Source of the DNA: a virus
IMG/VR virus record: IMGVR_UViG_3300045988_152050
Length of the DNA stretch: 38,992 nt
Direction: 5' to 3' (one strand)
Part shown: piece after piece, positions 26,983 to 35,000 of the stretch
How positions within the stretch are numbered: the first letter of the stretch is position 1
How the letters are laid out: the number at the start of each line of letters is the position of its first letter
Program-made: the position numbers and the translations under genes
Notes under the pieces: model-generated
What the model was told of the DNA's origin: nothing
What the model saw: the letters and a program-made list of their open reading frames with translations, nothing else
The model's database searches: none

Positions 26983-29139
26983 ATGAAAATCAGATTGTTA
27001 GAACTTTGTTCCGGATATGGAAGCCAAGCATTGGCTTTGAAAAATTTGGGCATAGACGTTTATTCAGAGATTGCCGAGTTTGATAAATACGCAAGTCAAG
27101 CATATATGCAGTTACACGGCGAAACCAAAAACTATGGCGATATTTACACCATAGATGAAACAAAACTCCCATATTTTGATATGATAACATATTCGACTCC
27201 TTGTTTTACAGAGGATTCTCTTGTTTTAACTGAAAAAAGGGGTTTCCAAAAAATAATTGATATTCAAATAGGTGAAAAAGTTATCACTCACGATGGTAAT
27301 TATAAAACCGTTGAAAATGTTATAAATAACGGTAAGAAAAAAACTGTTAAAATTTATGGTATGGGAATAGATGAAATTCACACAACACCTAATCATCTAT
27401 TTTATGTTAGAGAAAAATCTCACGTTTGGAATAATAAAACTCGTTCTTATACGAGAGTATTTTCCGAACCTGTATGGAAACAAGCCGATTCGTTAAAAAG
27501 AACCGATTATATGGGTATCCCTATTAACAAAAGATCAGAAATACCAGAATGGAATGGTATAACTTTTGTATGGTCTGATGGAAGAAAAGATAGATATAAA
27601 AATCAATTATCACAATATATGAACAACAAAGATTTTTGGTGGTTGATAGGTAGATACATAGCTGACGGATGGTTTAGAAATAACGGTGGAATTATAATTG
27701 GATGTGGCAAAAAGAAATTTGTCGAAATGAAAGAAAAATGTGATTCTATTGGTTTAAATTATAACATATTAGAAGAAAGAACTGTTATTAAATTTTATTA
27801 TCAGTTAAAAGAATTAGAATTGTTTGTACAATCTTTCGGTAAATATGCTTACGGTAAAAAAATACCTTCGTTTGTTATGGATTTACCTGTTGATTTACTA
27901 AATTCTTTTCTCAATGGTTATATGTCTGGAGATGGTTGTTTTACAAACGGAAGATTTAAAGCAACATCTGTAAGTCGTGAGTTAATTTATGGACTAGCAC
28001 AATGTATAGCTAAAGTTTACAAACAACCTTATTCTATTTATAAAACTGAAAGACCTAAAACAACTGTTATTGAGGGGAGAACTGTAAATCAAAAAGATAC
28101 TTATGAATTGTGCTTCAAGAAAGAAAAAAGACCACAAGACAAAGCATTTTATGAAGATGGTTTTATTTGGTTTCCAGTAACTAAAGTTGAAGAAGATGAA
28201 ATTGAAACAGTTTATGATTTAACTGTTGAGGAAAATCATTCATTCACAGTACAAGGAGTTATAGTTCATAATTGCCAAGACTTCTCAGTTGCCGGAAAAG
28301 GAAAAGGCGGCGACAAGGGAAGCGGTACACGTTCAAGCCTTTTGTGGGAATGCGAGCGGATTATTAAAGCGGTTAAGCCAAAATATCTTTTAATGGAAAA
28401 CGTAAAGAACCTTTTGAGCGAAAAACACCGACATAACTTCAATGAATGGTTTAAGGTGCTTGAGGGTATGGGATATACAAACTATTACAAAGTCCTTAAT
28501 GCCAAAGACTACGGCATACCGCAGAACCGGGAGCGTATATTTTGCGTGTCAATCCTTGGCGGTGGCCAATATCTATTCCCAAACCCGAAACCCCTTGAGA
28601 AACGCTTAAAAGATATGTTGGAGGATAATGTCGATGAAAAATATTATTTATCCGACATAAGTGTTAATCGACTTCTTAAACGGAGAGATGGTTCAGGATA
28701 TAAGCCCTGTATAAATGGAGAGGTAGCTGTAACATTAACAACAAAACCTGGACAAAGAAACTCTGATAATTACATACAGGAACCTTTTGTTGTCGCAAGT
28801 CGTGGACGAAACATCGAAAATCCAAGCGACAGAACTATAGGAAGTCCGACCGAGCAAAGACTTGAGATAAACTATACCGGTTGTACAAACACTCTTATAA
28901 GCGTTCAAAAGGATAATTATGTTGTTGAAAACTATCGCATCCGCAAACTTACAGCAAGGGAATGTTTTAGATTGATGGGCGTGAAAGATGAACAGTTTGA
29001 CCGATTGAACGGGATTTCAAATTCGCAACTGTATAAACTTGCCGGAAATAGTATCGTGGTTGACGTTTTGGAAGCAATATTCAAAAATTTACTTATGCCG
29101 GAAACAACCGAAACCAAAGGGCAATTAAGTTTGTTTTGA
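26983..29139 (+). CDS. DNA (cytosine-5)-methyltransferase precursor containing an intein
   Basis: Motif I LCSGYGS, motif IV TP|C-QDFS split by the insert, motif VI ENVKNL, motif VIII QNRERIF and motif X GNSIVV. 718 aa, or 361 aa after removal of the 357-aa insert. Confidence 0.9.
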   Translation: MKIRLLELCSGYGSQALALKNLGIDVYSEIAEFDKYASQAYMQLHGETKNYGDIYTIDETKLPYFDMITYSTPCFTEDSLVLTEKRGFQKIIDIQIGEKVITHDGNYKTVENVINNGKKKTVKIYGMGIDEIHTTPNHLFYVREKSHVWNNKTRSYTRVFSEPVWKQADSLKRTDYMGIPINKRSEIPEWNGITFVWSDGRKDRYKNQLSQYMNNKDFWWLIGRYIADGWFRNNGGIIIGCGKKKFVEMKEKCDSIGLNYNILEERTVIKFYYQLKELELFVQSFGKYAYGKKIPSFVMDLPVDLLNSFLNGYMSGDGCFTNGRFKATSVSRELIYGLAQCIAKVYKQPYSIYKTERPKTTVIEGRTVNQKDTYELCFKKEKRPQDKAFYEDGFIWFPVTKVEEDEIETVYDLTVEENHSFTVQGVIVHNCQDFSVAGKGKGGDKGSGTRSSLLWECERIIKAVKPKYLLMENVKNLLSEKHRHNFNEWFKVLEGMGYTNYYKVLNAKDYGIPQNRERIFCVSILGGGQYLFPNPKPLEKRLKDMLEDNVDEKYYLSDISVNRLLKRRDGSGYKPCINGEVAVTLTTKPGQRNSDNYIQEPFVVASRGRNIENPSDRTIGSPTEQRLEINYTGCTNTLISVQKDNYVVENYRIRKLTARECFRLMGVKDEQFDRLNGISNSQLYKLAGNSIVVDVLEAIFKNLLMPETTETKGQLSLF
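27202..28272 (+). mobile_element. intein with in-frame LAGLIDADG homing endonuclease, inserted at the catalytic Cys of the PCQ motif
   Basis: It starts CFTEDSLVLTEK, has block B TTPNH, and ends VIVHN followed by Cys+1 (tgc 28273). The two LAGLIDADG motifs are WWLIGRYIADGWF and LNSFLNGYMSGDGCF. Confidence 0.85.
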
Positions 29140-29160
29140 AACAACAGGGGGAGCAAAGAA

Positions 29161-29703
29161 ATGATGGGCAGAGGAAAACAGCCAACGCAATTTGAAGAAT
29201 TTGACCGCAAAACGCAAGAGCTTATAAGGATAGTTGGCGAAATTATGGAATTTCCATATTACAAGAATATTTTTTCAAGCTATGAAAAAAAATATGTCCT
29301 GCCTAAATTTGTTTGTTATTATGTGCTTTTTGATCGAGGAATAAGTTATCCACAGATAGGGCGTAAGTTCAAGAGAAACCATACCACCATCATGAGTGCC
29401 ATTGCCAAAGCAAAAAAGCTACCGGAGTGTATGGTCATTGCAAACATTGTCAACGAAAAACTAAAAAGCATAGAGGAGAAAGATGCCGTCTTAAGAAAAT
29501 ACCGCATAGGAGAGCAAAAAAACAAGCTCTATGACCAAATAAAAAAATTAATCAATTCCGGCATGAGCGATGAAGAAATATGCCAAAAGGTAGATATACC
29601 GACCGAAAGCACCAAGGAAATCATCAATTTAATTAAAGGCAGATGCAAAACAAAAAAAATCCCAGATTACAAAAATAATGTCATAAAACAAATTTATGTT
29701 TGA
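29161..29703 (+). CDS. DnaA domain IV-like HTH DNA-binding protein
   Basis: LPKFVCYYVLFDRGISYPQIGRKFKRNHTTIMSAIAKAKKL resembles the DnaA C-terminal DNA-binding domain. Confidence 0.55.
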   Translation: MMGRGKQPTQFEEFDRKTQELIRIVGEIMEFPYYKNIFSSYEKKYVLPKFVCYYVLFDRGISYPQIGRKFKRNHTTIMSAIAKAKKLPECMVIANIVNEKLKSIEEKDAVLRKYRIGEQKNKLYDQIKKLINSGMSDEEICQKVDIPTESTKEIINLIKGRCKTKKIPDYKNNVIKQIYV

Positions 29704-29728
29704 CAATTACAATAAAGGGTTATAATAT
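29700..29728 (+). promoter_or_regulatory. early promoter, TTGACAATTAC family
   Basis: TTGACA at 29700..29705 (overlaps the upstream stop) and TAATAT at 29723..29728. Confidence 0.6.
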
Positions 29729-29778
29729 TTTTATGTTTTTATAGTAATTTTTTTAAGAAACACCAAAAAGGAGAAAAA

Positions 29779-29976
29779 ATGAACGGTAAAAAAGCAAAGC
29801 AGCTCCGCAAAAAAGCCAGAGAATATTCTATTGGCATGCCGGAAGTCGAATATGATCTTACTCAAAAACACATGATTAACCGTCCTGAATTTGATAGACC
29901 GATAATGTGCGGAACGGTTGTCATGAAAGACACATGCACCAGAGCTTTGTATAAACAACTCAAAAGGAGAGTTTAA
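29779..29976 (+). CDS. hypothetical basic protein (65 aa)
   Basis: Track ORF with AAAGGAG RBS. Confidence 0.6.
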   Translation: MNGKKAKQLRKKAREYSIGMPEVEYDLTQKHMINRPEFDRPIMCGTVVMKDTCTRALYKQLKRRV

Positions 29977-29977
29977 C

Positions 29978-30271
29978 ATGTCAAAACCAGAACAAACCAC
30001 TATGATCACCAAAGAAGACGATGAAAAAAACAACATCATCGGCGGCATTGCCGTTGACCGCTTGCGTTCTTTGATTGAACGAATTGAACGGTTGGAAGAA
30101 GAAAAAGCCGGTATTGCATCAGACATCCGAGATGTTTATGCCGAAGCCAAAGGAGCCGGATTTGATGCAAAAGCTATGCGTGCATGCCTTAAGCTTCGCA
30201 AAATGAACGCCGCCGACCGTGACGAGCAGGAGATTTTGCTCGAAACTTATCGCAAAGCACTGGACATCTAA
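29978..30271 (+). CDS. GapR-like (DUF2312/UPF0335) DNA-binding protein
   Basis: LRSLIERIERLEEEKAGIASDIRDVYAEAKGAGFDAKAMRACLKLRKM matches the highly conserved DUF2312 core. Confidence 0.75.
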   Translation: MSKPEQTTMITKEDDEKNNIIGGIAVDRLRSLIERIERLEEEKAGIASDIRDVYAEAKGAGFDAKAMRACLKLRKMNAADRDEQEILLETYRKALDI

Positions 30272-30293
30272 TACCTGTGGCTAATTCCAAAAG

Positions 30294-30323
30294 TTGGATG
30301 GCGGCAACCTATAACGGTATAAT
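30294..30323 (+). promoter_or_regulatory. candidate promoter (TTGGAT, 18 nt, TATAAT)
   Basis: Hexamers at 30294..30299 and 30318..30323. It shares AACGGTATAA with the 25039 promoter. Confidence 0.4.
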
Positions 30324-30412
30324 CGGAAACGCAAACGCTGGGCCACAAAAGTATCATATACAGCTAAATTATACCAACCGCCATAATTTTTTTAATTTAG
30401 GAAAGAGATAAA

Positions 30413-30616
30413 ATGACACGAGGAGAAGAAATATTCAACATCCGGAAGACAATGCAGATGGGTCGCAAAGCCTTTGCTGCGGTTTGTCTTAGACGGAGCG
30501 AGCCGTCTGTCATCAAATATGAGGAAGGCAAGGTCAATCCGCCGGATAAGGTTATGGAAAGAGCCAGAAAGTGGCTTGAACTTTATAACGAAATTCACGA
30601 AGTAAGAAGAAGATAA
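30413..30616 (+). CDS. small XRE/Cro-like HTH protein
   Basis: 67 aa. IRKTMQMGRKAFAAVCLRRSEPSVIKYEEGKVNP looks like an HTH_3-type motif. Confidence 0.5.
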   Translation: MTRGEEIFNIRKTMQMGRKAFAAVCLRRSEPSVIKYEEGKVNPPDKVMERARKWLELYNEIHEVRRR

Positions 30617-30981
30617 TGCAACTGATAAACGACCACATGCAGAACCGGAAGCAATATAACATTCTAAAGGCTCAACTGGTTATTGCCGATATTCCATACA
30701 ACATTGGCAAAAACGCATACGGAAGCAACCCGAAATGGTATATTGACGGCGACAGCTCAAAAGGCGAAAGCAAACTTGCCGGAAAAGAATTTTTTGACAC
30801 AGATAAAGACTTCCGCATCCCTGAGTTCTTTCATTTTTGTTCAAAGATGGTAAAGCCGGAGCCAAAGGAAACCAACAAAGCCGGATGCATGATTGTCTTT
30901 TGTGCTTTACGAAGAACAAGGGGATATGACCACCGGGTCGGCTTCCCTTGTTTGCGTTGGAATATCCAAAGAACGATTTGA
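30616..30981 (+). pseudogene. truncated N6-adenine/N4-cytosine DNA methyltransferase remnant (DPPY-type motif only)
   Basis: VIADIPYNIG is a motif IV (D-P-P-Y type) and GCMIVFC follows it. No FxGxG SAM-binding motif is present before the stop. The following frame reads LYEEQGDMTTGSASLVCVGISKERFDEIF, which looks like a collapsed C-terminus. Confidence 0.5.
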
Positions 30982-31007
30982 TGAAATCTTCAACAAGGGG
31001 GAAAAAG

Positions 31008-31490
31008 ATGCTTGAGCGAGAAGAAGACGTTAACCCGGACAAATACGCACTTGAAGAACCTTTGATATTTAAGGCTTCAATCTTTAACAACCTTAAAGAT
31101 AAAAATATGCTGATGCAGATAAATCAGCTCAAAGCGGAATATCTTGAGGAAATATCCAAAATATGCAACATGCCAAAAGAAGACTTTGCAGACGAAACGC
31201 AAATCTATGTTGTAGCCCAAGATATTAACAACCGCGTCATCGGTTTCATATCGGTGGGGTTTGGCCACCCAACAAAAGAAGTATGGGCTTGCCACGTTTA
31301 CACGGTGCCGGAGCACCGGAAAAAAGGTGTGTATAAGGAAATGATTGAGCGTTTGAAGCTATTCACCCAGCAAATCGGATACAAGCGCATTGTTGCCGGT
31401 GTGTTCAAGGCCAACAAAGCCAGCAAAAGGGCTCATCAAAAAATCGGTTTTGAAGCCGTTTCTGACATTATGTACCTGAACATTTTGTAA
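31008..31490 (+). CDS. GNAT-family N-acetyltransferase
   Basis: VIGFISVGF ... VYTVPEHRKKGVYKEMIERL ... KANKASKRAHQKIGFE fits GNAT motifs A and B. ATG 31008 follows GGGGGAA. Confidence 0.7.
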   Translation: MLEREEDVNPDKYALEEPLIFKASIFNNLKDKNMLMQINQLKAEYLEEISKICNMPKEDFADETQIYVVAQDINNRVIGFISVGFGHPTKEVWACHVYTVPEHRKKGVYKEMIERLKLFTQQIGYKRIVAGVFKANKASKRAHQKIGFEAVSDIMYLNIL

Positions 31491-31528
31491 AATCTTATTG
31501 GGTTTATATAGTAATATTGGAGAAAATT

Positions 31529-32005
31529 ATGGCAAGAGGGCATAAACAAACACTAAAAGTCTACACCTCAGAAGAAGCTCGATTTTATGGTGCTATGGGC
31601 GGCAAAGCATCAGCCGATGCCAGAAGACGAAAGAAAAGCCTGAAAGAACTGACACAAGCCTTGCTTGAAATGAAGCCGCATGAAAAGATAGCCGCAAGGT
31701 CAAAAATGCTTTTTCCGGACGTTGATCCTGAAGATTTGACCAATGGCATGGTGTTGGCAATGGCGATGTTTGACAAGGCGATAAAAGAACAAGATGTAAA
31801 AGCGGCTCAGTTTGTGAGAGATACGGCCGGAGAGATGCCGGAGCAGGTCATAAGCGGCAACCTTGGGCAATCAACTGTCTTTGTTACCGAGCAAGACCAA
31901 AACAATATCATCAAGCATATTCAAGAAGTATTAAATGATGGCCAGTCAAAAACAGAAAAAACAACCAAAAAAGCAAGCAAGCCCAAAAAAGGAACAAAAA
32001 AATAA
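31529..32005 (+). CDS. putative terminase small subunit
   Basis: Basic N-terminus with GGKASADARRRKK, then AIKEQDVKAAQFVRDTAGE. It lies directly upstream of, and overlaps, terL. The assignment is partly positional. Confidence 0.5.
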   Translation: MARGHKQTLKVYTSEEARFYGAMGGKASADARRRKKSLKELTQALLEMKPHEKIAARSKMLFPDVDPEDLTNGMVLAMAMFDKAIKEQDVKAAQFVRDTAGEMPEQVISGNLGQSTVFVTEQDQNNIIKHIQEVLNDGQSKTEKTTKKASKPKKGTKK

Positions 32006-35000
32006 CACCTCTTTATCGGGCGAAATAAACCGAGAATACCTTGGCAAGACTTTGCTTGATGCCGGATTTGAGGTTTGGTTTCGTTATATGTTCCGAGTTC
32101 TTGAGGGCAAGCCTTTTATTATAGACCGTATCCACAAGGATATGTTCCATGTTTTTGATGACCTATATAACCTGCGAATAACTCGCGAATGTATGAACAT
32201 TCCGCCCCGCGCCGGAAAAACAACCCTTTGCAAATATTGGCTCATTTACTGCCTAACCAAAGATCCGCGGTGTAATTTTATTTATACTTCATTCTCGCAA
32301 ATGCTCTTGTCCGACATTGCCCGAGAGGTGGCTCAGATTTTAGAGCATCCGATTTATAAGGAACTATACGGTAACGGCTTGTATGGCGTGGAAGAAAAGG
32401 AAGAAAACCCGATTGATGACTTCTGGCGTGAATATCTGCTGAAAGAAACAGGGAGGGCCGTGTATGCCAGCAAACGCATCATCACCGCAAAAGGCGGACA
32501 AATTCTGTTTGCGTCCATCGGGTCGACAATCACCGGTTTTGGTGCCGGCATAAGAGGAGCAAAAGGCTTCTCCGGGGCGTTAATCTGTTTTCCGTACGAC
32601 GAATTAGTTTTAACGGAAAAAGGATATAGAAAGATTGGCGAAATTGTTGAAAATAAAGAGGATATAAAAGTTTGGAGTTATAATTTTGAGAAAGAAAGAC
32701 CAGAGCTTAAACGCATAGAAAGACATATTAAAAACATAACCCCTACTAAACAATGCTTTGTTGAAGTCAAATTAAGTAATGGAAAGAGCTTTATTTGCAC
32801 AGATAATCACAAAGTATGGACAAAGAATAGGGGCTATGTTGAAGCAAAGGATTTAACAAGTATAGATTGTGTTGTTACCTTTTCTAATCCTTTTTATTTG
32901 GTTAATACTAAGGTTAAAAATTTTTGCAACTTCTTGTCTGGGAATGTTCTTATCTCTGATTTTTTCCAAAGCATCAGAAGAAAGTTCAATCTTTTTTCTG
33001 GGCGTATAGTTAATTTCTTTAACAAAATTTTTGAAACTTTTTCTTGTTTTGATTGCTTGAACAGTTCCGGGATGACAATTAAAAGCAAGAGCAATCTCTT
33101 TCAAACTTCCTTTTGCTTTAGCAATTTCTTCAACATCTTTTCGAGAAAGTTTGGAACGAGAAAAAACCAAAGTACCAAGTTCAACAGCATCTTGCATATT
33201 TTCCGATTTAGTGCCATATCGCAAATTTTCAAGACGATCGTCAGATGGATTGCTATTAAGGTGTCTAACTTCTATTCCTTTTTGTTGCACGCCAACGAAA
33301 GCCCACAAAACAAGTTGATGAACACCAATGGTAAGGGTTTTATTATCTTTTCGAAGATTAACAACCTTGTAACCTTTTCTATTAGAGGGATTAAGTCGTT
33401 TTTCTTTGAGCTTAATAATTCTTCTTTTATCTCCGCTTCCCGTAAATACATCTCTAGAGCAGCTTATAACATCTCCAAAATTGGAAACTCTATAAAGTCC
33501 ATCATATCCGGGGATGTCTTTGTAAATAATATTAGCGTTGTTTGTCATAATCACACCTCTTATTGTCTTACTGTGTATGAAAATCATAATCTGTATGTTG
33601 GTAAATGTCGAGTATTAGTTTCTAATTGCGATGATGCCAACAAGCCGGCCGATATTCAATCTGAGGTTATGCGCGAAAAAGTCCGCAAATATTACGATGA
33701 AACCTTGCTCTCACGATTGAACGACAGTAACGTGCCGATATTTAACATTCAGCAAAGGCTCCACCTTGGCGATTTGTCCGGATATTTGCTTGAACAATAC
33801 AAATTTGACAGCATCATAAAGCCGTTGCTTGAACCGGACGGCACATGCAACATCGCAAGCCAATACACCCCAGAGCGTATCAAAGAAATCTCATTCAATG
33901 ATACCATGTTCCAAGCACAATATCAGCAATCACCGGTAGCCGAAAAAGGCAACATCATCCAACGTGATTGGTGGGGAATGTATGATGCCGACCACACCCC
34001 GATTGATGGCAAGCTGATAATAACGGCCGATACGGCATACAAAAAGACCAAGACCGCCGACTATTCATGTTTCCAAGTTTGGGAGCTTTTACGCAAAGAG
34101 ATGCGTTTGCGTGATATGATTGTCGGTAAATGGGAATTCCCCGAACTTTTGGAAAAAGCCACCCAGATATGGCGGAAGTGGACAGACGACAGCTTAATCA
34201 ATCCGGCCGCATTTATGTACATTGAAGACAAAGCATCCGGCATCAGCTTGGAGCAAACGCTCATCCAATCCGGCATCAATGCCATTTGTTGGAAGCCAAA
34301 GGAATATGACTACCCAGAGGACAAGGTCGGCAGAACAAGAGAGCTTTCATGGGATGTGTACCGTGGTCTTGTAAAATTGAAAAAAGATGATAAAATGAGC
34401 CAGTATCTCGTCAACGAAGCAGCATTGTTTGCCGAAGACATGTCGCACTCTCATGATGACAGCTGTTTTGTCGCGGGAACAAAAGTAGCCACTATTTGGG
34501 GAAATAAAAACATAGAGGACTTAAAGGTTGGCGATTTAGTCATAACCCCTTGGGGGCTTTCTCCGATAACACGAACAACGAGCAGGATGAAAAAGGTCAT
34601 TAATAATATTGGATTAACCGGAACTAAAGACCACAAAATATACACAACACACGATTATTCTTTTGACAGCCTTGAAAATGTTGATTATTCTATGGTTAGT
34701 AAATTAACCATAGAGGAATTAATCTCATGGCAAATAAAATCTTTATACTGTTCAATGGCAAAAAATACTATCGTAACCCAAAGACAGGATATTATGAAAA
34801 TAAAATCTTTGCTTACGGAAAAAGAAAAACATTCCGGCTTCATCGGGTTGTGTATGAATTTTATTCGGGAAAAGAAATTCCTAAAGGCTATCACATTCAT
34901 CACAAAGACGAAAATAAAGATAATAACGATTTTAGCAATTTGGTTCTTTTATCAAGCAGTGAACACGCTAAACTTCATGGCAAAAAAACCGCTGAAATTT

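Larger units (their letters stand above)
32586..33626 (+). mobile_element. TerL intein 1 (347 aa): Hint splicing blocks flanking an antisense HNH gene
   Basis: It starts CFPYDELVLTEKG, has block B CTDNHKV, and has the C-terminal block YCLTVYENHNLYVGKCRVLVSN followed by Cys+1 (tgc 33627). The central ~230 aa is F/S/N/K/I-rich with no endonuclease motif. Confidence 0.8.

Noticed and set aside
30272-30412. A structured ncRNA in the 141-bp gap (long-range complementarity ATGGCGG...CCGCCAT and TGTGGC...GCCACA)
   Set aside because: The stems are only 6-7 bp, enclose loops longer than 70 nt, and are mutually incompatible. A promoter-like TTGGAT-18-TATAAT explains the gap more simply.
32853-33548. 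The forward-frame translation of the middle of TerL intein 1 as a degenerate in-frame endonuclease domain
   Set aside because: It is low-complexity (F/S/N/K/I-rich) and has no LAGLIDADG, HNH or GIY-YIG motif. It is precisely the codon-aligned antisense of a well-formed HNH gene, so its composition is explained by that gene.
32586-33626. A split intein or 'fractured' terL with separate N- and C-terminal genes flanking a free-standing endonuclease gene
   Set aside because: The ORF track shows one uninterrupted 1145-aa frame. There is no stop after the N-terminal Hint blocks, and no RBS or start precedes the C-terminal blocks.
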